NCBI GenBank assembly: GCA_002441265.1
Contig: DJVQ01000036.1
Span: 37,057-101,056 of the forward strand
Source of the DNA: Syntrophaceae bacterium UBA6252
Lineage (GTDB): Bacteria > Desulfobacterota > Syntrophia > Syntrophales > UBA6807
Length of the DNA: 64,000 nucleotides
Direction of reading: 5' to 3'
Numbering within the stretch: position 1 is the first letter of the stretch; every line of letters starts with the position of its first letter. Both the position numbers and the translations under genes were made by a program. Shown here piece by piece: positions 46,778-56,086 of this stretch. A model generated the notes under the pieces. That model did no database searches and had not been told where the DNA came from. It saw nothing but the letters and a program-made list of their open reading frames with translations.

Positions 46778-47815
46778 TCAGCTCCTTCCCCGGTACAGCT
46801 CCAGTTCGAAGGCCCCCACGAGCTTTTCGATGGCGTCCCGGCTCTGCCCCCAGTCGTAAAGGGGCCGCATGCCGATGCAGAAGACCTTTTCCGCCTGGGA
46901 GAAAATGCGGACGCCGCTCGCGTTTTTCAGGCTCTTGATTTCGACCTCGATGTCATGGCCCCCGTGAAGGAGGCTCATGGACTGGTGCACCCGGAGAATC
47001 CCCTTCTTTTTATTTACGCCCCGGACGTCCATACCGGCGGTGCGGGCGGCCTGGATCATGGCGTCGAAGGTGACGCTGAAGGGCTTGTCGATCTTTTTCA
47101 GGTAAAGGCTCGAGTTGGCCGACGGTCTTGCCCAATCGACGAATGCCAGGTCCTCCCTTGCCTCGCTGAAGTTCGGGTCCGCCCGGACCGCCTCGTCCAG
47201 GTAGGCCTTTGCGTCATCGAACTGGTCCTTCTTCATGAGGTTCACGCCCTGGGTGTAGCTCTTGTACGCCGCCACCGAGGTCGTGGGGTTCTTGGCGATC
47301 TTCTGCTTTTCCGAGGTCGAGGTCTCGATCCCCAGGTTTCTCAGAATGTTGTCGGCCATGTCGTCTTCCAGGGAAAAGATGTCGTTGTAGTCCCCGGTGA
47401 CCATGGCCGTGTTGGAGACGATCCCCGTTTCCACCTTGACAAACCGGGCGGTCAGGCGGAGATTCTCCCCCATTTTCTGGTAGGCGCCGGTGACCACCGT
47501 TTCCGCCCCGAGCACCTTCCCCGCCTTGGCGGCCGATTCCGGATCGATGACGCCGCTCTGGCCGAGGCTCACCTCGTTGAGGACCGCGTCGATCCGCTGC
47601 CGCTCCACGACCCGGATCCGCCGGACGCTTCCGAGCTTGGTGGTCAGCGTTTCCGCGATGCCCTCGGAGAGCCAGTCCGTCTCCTTGTCCTTGTTCACGT
47701 TGGAAAAAGGCATGACGGCGATGGTGGGGACGTCTCCTTCGCCGGCGGCTCCGGGCAGTGGAACCGCCAGGAATGCCGCAACGGACAGAAGCGCAACGGC
47801 CAGGAATTTCCTCAT
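46778..47815 (-). CDS. Secreted protein, paralogue 2 of 45721-46758
   Basis: 345 aa from the ATG at 47815 (the track ORF extends to 47884). Colinear with paralogue 1, and the N-terminal third is almost identical at the DNA level. Confidence 0.72.
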   Translation of the reverse strand: MRKFLAVALLSVAAFLAVPLPGAAGEGDVPTIAVMPFSNVNKDKETDWLSEGIAETLTTKLGSVRRIRVVERQRIDAVLNEVSLGQSGVIDPESAAKAGKVLGAETVVTGAYQKMGENLRLTARFVKVETGIVSNTAMVTGDYNDIFSLEDDMADNILRNLGIETSTSEKQKIAKNPTTSVAAYKSYTQGVNLMKKDQFDDAKAYLDEAVRADPNFSEAREDLAFVDWARPSANSSLYLKKIDKPFSVTFDAMIQAARTAGMDVRGVNKKKGILRVHQSMSLLHGGHDIEVEIKSLKNASGVRIFSQAEKVFCIGMRPLYDWGQSRDAIEKLVGAFELELYRGRS

Positions 47816-47894
47816 CGGGCGTTTCCTCCTTTCAGGGCCCTTTGGGCGCATCGGCCGGACGGCGTTGCGAACGGCCGAAAACACTTTTCTTAGA

Positions 47895-47940
47895 CTTTTT
47901 TTACGGCTTCGTCAATTTCGTATCGTTTTTTTACGAAGGG
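47895..47940. repeat. Rep-A terminal-motif fragments
   Basis: CTTTTTTTACGGCTTCGTCA and GTTTTTTTACGAAGG resemble Rep-A ends. The second contains the TAA stop (47931-47933) of the CoA-transferase::GNAT gene. Confidence 0.35.
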
Positions 47941-49829
47941 GACGGACCGGCCGGTTCCCCCGAATCGGTCTCCTCCGGGAAGGTCAGGGTCAGTTCGTAC
48001 ACGCCCGCGTTTACCATGGCCTGTAACGGGAAGGGCGCCTTTTCGAAAACCTTCAGCATGGCCTGGTTGTCCGTGAGGACGTCCGCCCGGAATCCCCGGA
48101 CGTTTCGTTTCCTGGCGATGTCGATGAGGAGGTGGAACAGAAAGGAGGCGATGCCGATCCCCTGGTACTTCTCGTCGACGACGAAGGCCGTGTCGGCATG
48201 GCCGGAACCTTCCAGCCGGACGTACCGCCCCTCGGCGATGATGCGCTCCATTCCCGATTCCTCGATCGTGCCGATGACGGACATGGTTTTTTCGTAATCC
48301 ACATTCACGTAGGCCTGCATCTTCATGTGCGGCATCGTCTTGATGCGGCTGAAATACCGGTAGTAGACCGCCTGGTCGGAAAACCGGTAGAAAAGCCGCC
48401 GCATCTCGTCCACGTCGGAGGGCTTGATGGCCCGGAAGCGTACCGTCAGGTCGTCACGGAAGGTGCGGACGACATGGATGTCCTCCGGGTAAAGCCGGCC
48501 CGACCCGGTGACGTAGGCCTGGTCCCGGTAAAGAATGTTGGCTTCCCGGGCTTCCTCCACGAGCCGTTCCCGGTCGTCGGGGTGGGCGATGTCGATGAGG
48601 GCCAGCGCCCGTTCCCGGACCGTTCTCCCCCTGAGGGAGGCGACGCCGTGGTCGGTGATGACGAAGTCGAGGGACTCCCGGTAGGTGAACTGGTTCGGGT
48701 AGGCGTCCGCGGAGAGGAGGATGTTGGATTTTCCCTCCAGGTTCCGGCTCGGCAGGGCGACGATCGTTCTCCCTTCCCTGGAATGGATGGCCCCGGCCAC
48801 CAACTCCTGGACTTCCCCGGGGCCGGCGGTGACGTTTCCTTTTCCCGTGTGGAGCGCCATGTTTCCCGTGAGATCGATCTTGCGGGCGGGGATTACGGCC
48901 ATGAACCGGTCGTTCAATCCCACCCCCCGCGGATCGGTCACCACGTCGATTCCCTGAAACTCGATCAGGGGGTTCCTGTGGAGCCAGTCCATGAGTTCCT
49001 TGGTTCCCTGGGCGTAGGATACCAGGGTCTTTCCCCTGAAGAACCGTTTGTTCCGGTTGGTGACGGCACCGCTTTCGATGAGGTCCATGAGGGGATCGGT
49101 GCACAGCAGGGAGTGGATTCCCAGGTCCCGTTTCCTGGAGAGCGGTTTCACCAGGGCCTCGAAAAGGGCGCCCACGAGAAAGCACAGACAGCTTCCATCC
49201 TCGATTACCGATGCCACATTGTGGGCAAGCCGTTCGAAGGGTTCGTCCGTCTTCCACCGGGGGAAATAAAAAGGGGGATCCTCGGAGCGGACGATGAAGT
49301 GGAGGTCGTCCACGTGGACGAGGGTGTCCCCGAACGCAAAGGGGAACTCGTCGCTCACTTCGCCGACGACGAGTTCGGCGTGGTCCATGGCTTGCCTGGC
49401 CACGTCCACCGCAGGGCCGAGACTGCAGTACCCGCGGCTGTCCGGGGGAGTGACCCGGACGAAGGCGGCGTCGAGCCGCACCATCCCGGAACGGAAAAAA
49501 CCGGGGATCCGGGAGAACCGGTAGGGAATGAGGTCGATGCGGCCCGTCGTGATCGCGTCGCTGGCCACCCATCCGGAGAAGAAGGTCTTCAGCCGGTATT
49601 TCTGGGCATATCGCCCGTCCAGGGGGATGGCGTCCCCGAAGCTGAGAAGCTGGATCAGGTCGAGATCCTTGAGGTTGGGAAGCGAGGAGGCCATGAGGTG
49701 CTTGATGAGGGTCCGCGGCTCCGCCACTCCCGTTCCCAGGAAGATGCTCATCCCCGGCTTGATCCTCGAGAGGATCTCTTCCGGCGGGACGGGTTCCTTG
49801 TTCCACTTGGCAAGGTCGTTCTTTTCCAT
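47931..49829 (-). CDS. Acetyl-CoA hydrolase/transferase domain fused to a Pat-type GNAT domain (second paralogue)
   Basis: 632 aa with the same architecture as 32225-34168. The GNAT tail at about 47931-48443 has YQGIGIA motif A and the FRAIKPSDVDEMRRLFYRFSDQAVYYRYF block. Confidence 0.85.
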   Translation of the reverse strand: MEKNDLAKWNKEPVPPEEILSRIKPGMSIFLGTGVAEPRTLIKHLMASSLPNLKDLDLIQLLSFGDAIPLDGRYAQKYRLKTFFSGWVASDAITTGRIDLIPYRFSRIPGFFRSGMVRLDAAFVRVTPPDSRGYCSLGPAVDVARQAMDHAELVVGEVSDEFPFAFGDTLVHVDDLHFIVRSEDPPFYFPRWKTDEPFERLAHNVASVIEDGSCLCFLVGALFEALVKPLSRKRDLGIHSLLCTDPLMDLIESGAVTNRNKRFFRGKTLVSYAQGTKELMDWLHRNPLIEFQGIDVVTDPRGVGLNDRFMAVIPARKIDLTGNMALHTGKGNVTAGPGEVQELVAGAIHSREGRTIVALPSRNLEGKSNILLSADAYPNQFTYRESLDFVITDHGVASLRGRTVRERALALIDIAHPDDRERLVEEAREANILYRDQAYVTGSGRLYPEDIHVVRTFRDDLTVRFRAIKPSDVDEMRRLFYRFSDQAVYYRYFSRIKTMPHMKMQAYVNVDYEKTMSVIGTIEESGMERIIAEGRYVRLEGSGHADTAFVVDEKYQGIGIASFLFHLLIDIARKRNVRGFRADVLTDNQAMLKVFEKAPFPLQAMVNAGVYELTLTFPEETDSGEPAGPSPS

Positions 49830-49830
49830 T

Positions 49831-51012
49831 TCACCTCGAAGCCGGTTCGGAATTTCCCGCTTTACGGCTTCCCTCGTAAAGTTCGTACTCGAGGAGTCTG
49901 CATTCGATGGGCCCGTTGAAGAAAGGGATTCTCCTGGCGGTCCGGAGTCCGACGGACTTGGCGAGATCCGGATTGCCGGTGAAGACGTATCCCAGGCGGC
50001 CCCTTCCCCGTTTCTTCAGAAAGTCGCCGATTTTTCCGTACACGTCCCGGAGCAGGGAAGCTTCCCCCATCCGCTCTCCGTACTCGGGGTTCATGAAGAT
50101 GACGCCGCCGCCGGCCGGGATTTCCGTTTCCTCGAAGGGACACACGTTAAATTCGATCGCCTGTTCCACCCCCGCGGCCCGGGCGTTTTCCCGCGCCGCC
50201 GCCACGGCATCCGGGTCCCGGTCGGTGGCGAGGATCCGGCAACCCGGGGGCAGGCGGCCGCCGGCCTTCGCTTCCGCCCGGAGCTCTCTCCATCGCCGGG
50301 GGGAATACCCGCGGACATGCATGAATCCGAAATTTTCCCGGGTCAGTCCCGGCGGCCTTCCGAGGGCCAACAGGGCGGCCTCGACGGCCAGGGTCCCGCT
50401 TCCGCACATGGGGTTGACGAAAGGGCTTTTCCGGTCCCAGCGGGACGCCAGGATCGTCGCCGCCGCGAGACTTTCCTGCATGGGGGCCTTCCAGGGGAGC
50501 TTCCGGTACCCCCGTCTGGAAAGGGGCTCCCCGGAAGTGTCGAGGGAAATCGCCGCATCCTCCCCCGTCCACTGAAGATGAAACACCGTTCTTCTCCGGT
50601 CCGGCCCCGAATCGGGACGGATTCCCCTGGTCCTGTAGAACCGGTCCGCGATTCCGTCCTTGATCCTGAGGGACGCAAACCTGGGATCCCGGATCGCCGG
50701 CGTCCGGACGGTGGAGGTCACCGAAAAATACCCGTTTTCCGAAAGCAGGTCCTCCCAGGGAAAGGCGCTGACGAAACGGTAAAGTTCCTCGGGGCCTTCC
50801 GCCCGGAATGCACACAGCCCGAGAAGAACCCGGTGGGCCGTCCGCAGATGAAGGTTCAGGCGCATGGCGTCCTCCAGGTTCCCTTCCGTCTCGACGGCCG
50901 TTTCCCCGGCGCGGAGAACGGGAAAGGGAAGGGAGGAGAGCTCCCCGGCGAGAAAGGGTCCGATCCCCCTGGCGCAGGTGACCGCGATGGGATGCTTTTC
51001 CGTCAGGATCAC
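49831..51012 (-). CDS. THUMP-domain class I SAM-dependent RNA methyltransferase (RlmL/UPF0020-like)
   Basis: 393 aa with a GTG start. PMCGSGT SAM motif and FMNPEYGERMG (NPPY-like) motif. Its stop is 1 nt from the downstream start. Confidence 0.86.
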   Translation of the reverse strand: MILTEKHPIAVTCARGIGPFLAGELSSLPFPVLRAGETAVETEGNLEDAMRLNLHLRTAHRVLLGLCAFRAEGPEELYRFVSAFPWEDLLSENGYFSVTSTVRTPAIRDPRFASLRIKDGIADRFYRTRGIRPDSGPDRRRTVFHLQWTGEDAAISLDTSGEPLSRRGYRKLPWKAPMQESLAAATILASRWDRKSPFVNPMCGSGTLAVEAALLALGRPPGLTRENFGFMHVRGYSPRRWRELRAEAKAGGRLPPGCRILATDRDPDAVAAARENARAAGVEQAIEFNVCPFEETEIPAGGGVIFMNPEYGERMGEASLLRDVYGKIGDFLKKRGRGRLGYVFTGNPDLAKSVGLRTARRIPFFNGPIECRLLEYELYEGSRKAGNSEPASR

Positions 51013-51030
51013 CGGCGGTTCCCGTTGGTT

Positions 51031-51190
51031 GACAAGGTTTCAAAAAGTTTCAAAAACATTCGGTTCGAACGGCTTCGTAAAATGCTCCGCGGCAAGGCGC
51101 CCGAATCCCGACGACTGAGACGTGCTCTTTCGTACGCCGCAGGGAGGAGGGATGAAGGGGAGCGCGGCATGAATTTTTTGTGAAACCGTC
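51031..51190. repeat. Rep-A interspersed repeat, full-length diverged copy
   Basis: GACAAGGTTTCAAAAAG ... core GCGGCAAGGCGCCCGAATCCCGACG ... TTTTTTGTGAAACCGTC. The right end overlaps the usp stop codon. Confidence 0.75.
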
Positions 51191-51623
51191 ACTTTTTCAC
51201 TACGAGGATCGGCTTCTTGACCCTCTTTACCAGCTTGTACGACACGGTCCCGAGAAGCATCTGATCGATGTTGCTCTTTCCGTGGGATCCGACGACGATC
51301 ATCGAAACCTCCTCCTCGTCGGCCACGCGGAGGATCTCGTTGCAGGGCCCCCCCTTCTCGATCCTCTTCCTGACGGCGTACCCGAGTTCCTTGAGCTCCC
51401 GCTCCAGGGGAAGCATCTCCCCGGTCACCTTCTTCTCAAGATCGCTGAGAACCTCGGGGACATCCTTCTTGGAGAACTTGGCCAGGTCGTCGAGCCCGCG
51501 GCGGTCGATCACGTGGAGCAGAATGACTTCCCGTCCTCCGGCTTCTTTCAGCCTTTTAACGTAGTCCAGCGCTTTCCGGGCCTCTTCGGAAAAATCCGTT
51601 GCGTAGAGAATCTTTTCGAACAT
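51189..51623 (-). CDS. Universal stress protein (UspA family)
   Basis: 144 aa from the ATG at 51623, with RBS AGAGGGGGA. MFEKILYATDFSEEA...VVGSHGKS...LGTVS motifs. Confidence 0.88.
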   Translation of the reverse strand: MFEKILYATDFSEEARKALDYVKRLKEAGGREVILLHVIDRRGLDDLAKFSKKDVPEVLSDLEKKVTGEMLPLERELKELGYAVRKRIEKGGPCNEILRVADEEEVSMIVVGSHGKSNIDQMLLGTVSYKLVKRVKKPILVVKK

Positions 51624-51710
51624 GATTCCCCCTCTTTCACGGGTTGGTGCCCGCCTGCGGCGGGGCGGTCCCCTCCATTCACTCCCCAGCGGGTCCAAGG
51701 GATCCCGCTT

Positions 51711-52574
51711 CTATCGGACCTTCCGGGATCGTTCCGCTTCCTCCAGCTCCCGGGACCGGTCCCGTCCGAGATCCATGTCGCCGAAGGATGCCCCTTCGGG
51801 AAGGATCATGAAGAAACGGTTACAGGCGGCGATCTGCGCCTCCCCCGCTTCAAGAACGAAATCAAGAATGTGCCCCCCCGAGACCCGTCCCCCGTCGATA
51901 TAATGGAGGTGATACCCGGGAACGCCCACCCCTTTCACGAAGGCGGGGCTCCGGAATCCCACGATCGTCCCCTCCGATCGATCCAGGGTAAAAACCGCCT
52001 GGTGTTTCGTCGCCTCGGCCAGAGGGGGGTAGGGCTTCTCCTGGGGGGGGACGGAACGGACCTTCATTCCGGAAAACGTTCCGTCGATGCGGATGCCGTA
52101 AAAAAGATTGAGGTTTGCCAGATCCCCGTCGAGGACACGGAGAAGTTCCTCCATCCCCATGCGGGACTGGAAGGGAATCCGCCGGTCCGCCCGGAAGGGA
52201 ACCACCGCGGCGTACGGGGTCGTGCCCCCATCGGGGACGACCACCCTCCCGCCGGACGGCACCTGGTAAACCTTCCCGTCAAGGACGATCATCTCGCCGT
52301 CGAGGCGGTCGAAGGTCCCGATTCCGAAATCCCCGTACCGGCCAAGCTCGTCAAGCGGAAAGAATCCGTCGTATCCGCCCACGAGGAGGGCTTCTATCGT
52401 GGAGATCTGCGTGACCGTGTGAATCCTGCTTGGGGAGGTCGCGCAGCCCGAGAGCAGGAAAAGGACGAGGATGAGAGGCAGGAGCCTCTCCGCCGTCCTT
52501 CGGGCTGCTCCGGAGAGAAGGCCCCGGAAAGACGTCCCGCCCGGTGCTGCCGGGAATCCTCCGATCGTCTTCAT
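51711..52574 (-). CDS. Alpha-acetolactate decarboxylase-family lipoprotein
   Basis: 287 aa from the ATG at 52574. Lipobox LLSGC. QISTIEALLVGGYDG...GIGTFDRLDGEMIVLDGKVYQ...GYHLHY motifs. Confidence 0.83.
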   Translation of the reverse strand: MKTIGGFPAAPGGTSFRGLLSGAARRTAERLLPLILVLFLLSGCATSPSRIHTVTQISTIEALLVGGYDGFFPLDELGRYGDFGIGTFDRLDGEMIVLDGKVYQVPSGGRVVVPDGGTTPYAAVVPFRADRRIPFQSRMGMEELLRVLDGDLANLNLFYGIRIDGTFSGMKVRSVPPQEKPYPPLAEATKHQAVFTLDRSEGTIVGFRSPAFVKGVGVPGYHLHYIDGGRVSGGHILDFVLEAGEAQIAACNRFFMILPEGASFGDMDLGRDRSRELEEAERSRKVR

Positions 52575-52582
52575 CGAACGCC

Positions 52583-52789
52583 CTACGCCTCGATGGTGGC
52601 CCCGATCTTCACGGCCACCTGCCAGTAGCTGATCTTGCCTTCCTCGATGTACCCCCGGGTCTCGACCACTTCGAACCAGCGGAGGTTTTTCGACTTCTTC
52701 CCCGCCGCCGCAACGGCGTTCTTCACGGCGTCCTCGATGCTCTTCTTCGACGAACCCGCCACTTCCAGAATTTCGTAAACGTGCTCCAT
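52583..52789 (-). CDS. Dodecin-family flavin-binding protein
   Basis: 68 aa. MEHVYEILEVAGSSKKSIEDAV...WFEVVETRGYIEEGKISYWQV, a typical dodecin pattern. Confidence 0.85.
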   Translation of the reverse strand: MEHVYEILEVAGSSKKSIEDAVKNAVAAAGKKSKNLRWFEVVETRGYIEEGKISYWQVAVKIGATIEA

Positions 52790-52889
52790 CTCTCACTCTC
52801 CCTTCCTTGTCTTGACCGGATCCGGGTTCGGGTTTCCCCAATCCGGCCGCCCGTTCAAAAGGTCATGAAGTCGCTTCCCCGGGAAATCC

Positions 52890-53744
52890 TTATTTTTTGA
52901 GCCAGTCTTCCATTTCCTCCGCCTGGTAGGCCTCCTGCTGGAGGGCCAGGTCGAGCTTTACGACCACGCCGCCGTGCTTTTTCAATTCTTCGTCCCGCCG
53001 CAGGGCCTCGTGGCGTTTCATGGTGTTTCGGACGTCCCCGGCGGCCCGCCGGACGGCCTCCTCGAGGGAGGGGAGCGCGCCCATGGGAGCCGGTTTGAAC
53101 CGGAGCACCGCGCCGTCCTCCGCCACCGCTTCGGCGAATATGGCGAGATGCTTCATTTTTTCCATGGCCTGGTCCATAAGGTTCCAGCCCGCCGTCCCTT
53201 CGTCCTGGAAAGCCCAGGACATGCGGATGTGCCGGAGCATCTCGTCGTACTTGCCGGCAAGTTCCGTCTGGAGGGTTTCCAGGAAACCGGCGGGAAGTTC
53301 GCCGCCCCCCGATGGAAGGCCGCCGGCCTCTTCGGGGCTCAGCTTTTCGAGAAGACGCTGGAACCTTCTCGCGTGGATGGCCGACTCCCACGCCTCCCGC
53401 AGGAGAACGCGGCGGATGTGGGGATCGTCCACTTTTTCCGCTTCCCCGTTGTAGTGGGGGATGAGCTTTTCCTCGTATTCCCGGTAGGATTGAAGCATGG
53501 AGGCCCGGCTGGACGGGTCGTAGGGATAGGGAGCGGGCTGGAAAACCGGCTCCCCGCCGAGCTTCGCGATGATCATGCCGAGCCAGTGCATGTGCCACAT
53601 TTCCTCCCGGGACCGGGAAAGCAGGCTGGCGCCGACGGTCGTGTCCTCCCCCTCCTGGTAGGCATGTACGAGATAACGGATCACTGCCGCATGTTCATCC
53701 GCGAGGTCCCGGTTGAGCATGTCGATCAGCTCCTTTTTTTTCAT
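52890..53744 (-). CDS. Ferritin-like (bacterioferritin-related) two-domain protein
   Basis: 284 aa. LNRDLADEHAAVIRYLVHAY...EEMWHMHWL resembles a ferritin-like di-iron helix pair. The second half is also helical. Confidence 0.72.
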   Translation of the reverse strand: MKKKELIDMLNRDLADEHAAVIRYLVHAYQEGEDTTVGASLLSRSREEMWHMHWLGMIIAKLGGEPVFQPAPYPYDPSSRASMLQSYREYEEKLIPHYNGEAEKVDDPHIRRVLLREAWESAIHARRFQRLLEKLSPEEAGGLPSGGGELPAGFLETLQTELAGKYDEMLRHIRMSWAFQDEGTAGWNLMDQAMEKMKHLAIFAEAVAEDGAVLRFKPAPMGALPSLEEAVRRAAGDVRNTMKRHEALRRDEELKKHGGVVVKLDLALQQEAYQAEEMEDWLKK

Positions 53745-53924
53745 GAAAGGTCCCCTTTCTTTTCCCGATGGTGTTCGACGGCGTTCCGTTCAGGGACGGT
53801 TGCCGGATGAGATGCGGCGAATCAAGCCGGCGGATGGTAAAACCGTGATTCCGGCCACTCAAGACATATTACAGGAATCCCCCCCGGGATGTCCAGCGGG
53901 AGAAAGCGGAAAAATGGGCTCCCG

Positions 53925-55214
53925 TCAGGGAGAGATGCGTTCCTGCCTGCCCTGGTTCTCGTCGACGAAGAACAGAAGGGCTCCCCCCGCCACAAAGAGA
54001 AGGACCACGGCGGAGATCCCGAACCGCGACGCAAGCGGACCCTCCGCCCCGAGGGAGCGGGCAAGCTGGCCCGTGAGGCCCACGAGAAGGGGGCCCAGGA
54101 TGACGGAGAACTTTCCCGTGAGGTTGTAAAAGCCGAAATATTCGCCCGCCCTGCCCGGCGGAATCAGCCTTCCGAAGAGGGAGCGGCTCAGCGCCTGAAC
54201 GCCTCCCTGGACGAGCCCGACAGTGGCGGCCAGGGCGAGAAACTCCATCCGGGTCTCGATGAAGGTCCCCCAGACGGATACGATGAGATAGACGGCGATG
54301 GCGAGGAGCAGGGCCCGTTTCGTTCCCGTCTTTCCCGCAAGGAAGCCGAATCCCAGCGCGGCGGGGAATCCGACGAACTGGGTGACGAGCAGGGACAGGA
54401 GCAGGTCCTTCGCCTCCAGCCCGATGGAGAGGCCGTAGTCCACCGCCATCCGGATGATCGTGTCCACCCCGTCCATGTAGCACCAGTAGGCTACCAGGAA
54501 CAGAAAAACTGTCCGGTGGCGGCGGAGGTTCCGGAGGGTCCCTGCGACCTGCCGGAAGGCCTCCCGGAGGGCCGGCCGCCCCGTTCCGGCGGCGGGGGGT
54601 TCCTCCCGGACGAAGCGGAACAGGGGCAGGGAGAAGAGAAACCACCAGACCCCCACGGTGAGAAAGGAAACCTGCACCGCCGCCCCGGCGCCGGCGAGCC
54701 CGAAGGTGCCGGGAGAGAGGACCATCCAGAGGTTCAGGGCGAACAGGATCCCCCCTCCCAGGTAACCGAGGGAGAATCCCAGCGAGGAGACAAGGTCGTA
54801 CCGCCGTTCCGGGGCCACCACGGGGAGAAGGGCGTCGTAGAAGATGTTTCCCCCGGTGAACCCGAGAACCGCGACAATGTACAGCATCGCCGCCGCGGTC
54901 CACAGCCCGGGGGGGACGCGGGAGAGGGCTGAGGTCGCGAGGACCCCGAGGATCATGAAGGCGGCGAGGAACCGTTTCCGGCCTCCCCGACGGTCGGCCA
55001 TGGCGCCGAGAAAGGGGGCGGAAACGGCGAGGAGGATCCCCGCGGCGGCGTTGGCGAGGCCGAGCCGGGCCGTGCTGACCACCGCATCGGTTCCCTGGGA
55101 GCACCAGGTCTTGAAGAAAACGGGAAAAAATCCCGACATGACCGTGGTGGCGAAGGCGGAGTTCGCGAAGTCGTAAAACGCCCATCCCCAGACGGACCGA
55201 TCCGGTTTGTTCAC
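53925..55214 (-). CDS. MFS transporter (UMF1/Atg22-like family)
   Basis: 429 aa with a GTG start and 12 predicted hydrophobic segments. N-terminal WAFYDFANSAF motif. Confidence 0.84.
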   Translation of the reverse strand: MNKPDRSVWGWAFYDFANSAFATTVMSGFFPVFFKTWCSQGTDAVVSTARLGLANAAAGILLAVSAPFLGAMADRRGGRKRFLAAFMILGVLATSALSRVPPGLWTAAAMLYIVAVLGFTGGNIFYDALLPVVAPERRYDLVSSLGFSLGYLGGGILFALNLWMVLSPGTFGLAGAGAAVQVSFLTVGVWWFLFSLPLFRFVREEPPAAGTGRPALREAFRQVAGTLRNLRRHRTVFLFLVAYWCYMDGVDTIIRMAVDYGLSIGLEAKDLLLSLLVTQFVGFPAALGFGFLAGKTGTKRALLLAIAVYLIVSVWGTFIETRMEFLALAATVGLVQGGVQALSRSLFGRLIPPGRAGEYFGFYNLTGKFSVILGPLLVGLTGQLARSLGAEGPLASRFGISAVVLLFVAGGALLFFVDENQGRQERISP

Positions 55215-55417
55215 GGTGCTTCCCCTTCCCGCGGGCGGCTCTCCGGAACCGTTCGCAACGGTCCCTGCTGTGTTTCTCCGTCACGATGAAAACCGGCTGC
55301 CTTCCGCCCTGCCGCGGCCGGTTGCCGGGGGCGGGACGGCCGGGAAAAGGAACCGGCCGACGAAATGCCGAAGATTTTCGAGGCGTCTCCCGGGACGCCG
55401 GCGGGGTGAGGGCTTCC

Positions 55418-55909
55418 TCAGAGGTCGTAAAGGGTCTCGTCCACCCTGGGCCGCTCTTTCTTCCTTCCCCGTTTCCCTCTCGATTCGAGAAGAAAGGGCT
55501 CCTCCCCCTCCAGGAGATCCCCCAGTTCCTCCTCGATCTTCTCCGGGTCCTCCCCCCGTTCCATCCGGGCAAGGGCCTCTTCCATGGAGGCACTCAGGTT
55601 CATCCCCGTCGCTTCCGTGATCTTTCGCATGATCCCGGCCGCCGCACGGGGATCGTTCTCGTCGATCCGGTCCGCTTCCCCCGCGAGCATCTCCATGGCC
55701 CGTTCCATCCGGGATTCGTCGAAGGGGGGAAGATCCTCCTCGCCCCGTTCCTCCCGGTTTCCGGAGATCTTCGAGAAAACGGACATCTGCCGCTTCAGCT
55801 TCACGGTCCCGCACCGGGGGCACAACGGGATTTTTCCGGTGTCCGCCTTCCGGGAGAAGAAATTGTAGACGGTGTTGCATTTCCGGCAGTAAAACTCGTA
55901 GATCGGCAT
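55418..55909 (-). CDS. FmdB-family zinc-ribbon protein with an acidic C-terminal tail
   Basis: MPIYEFYCRKCNTVY...CPRCG N-terminal zinc ribbon; 163 aa. Confidence 0.75.
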   Translation of the reverse strand: MPIYEFYCRKCNTVYNFFSRKADTGKIPLCPRCGTVKLKRQMSVFSKISGNREERGEEDLPPFDESRMERAMEMLAGEADRIDENDPRAAAGIMRKITEATGMNLSASMEEALARMERGEDPEKIEEELGDLLEGEEPFLLESRGKRGRKKERPRVDETLYDL

Positions 55910-55998
55910 GGCTGTTCCTTCTTAATTGGGGGACACTTCCCATATTTTTTTCCGGAGGGCCGGTCTGCACCGCCCCGGGCTTTTCTGAAGATCCCCCA

Positions 55999-56022
55999 TG
56001 TAGTCCGGGGCTTCAGCCCTGG
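55999..56022. repeat. Solo Rep-B terminal hairpin
   Basis: TGTAGTCCGGGGCTTCAGCCCTGG lies between the FmdB-like and thyX genes. Confidence 0.55.
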
Positions 56023-56086
56023 TTTGTGCCTCCCAGGTCCCGGAGGGCCGGACGGCACCTCCTCGACGCCTTTTTTGCGCTTCCGC

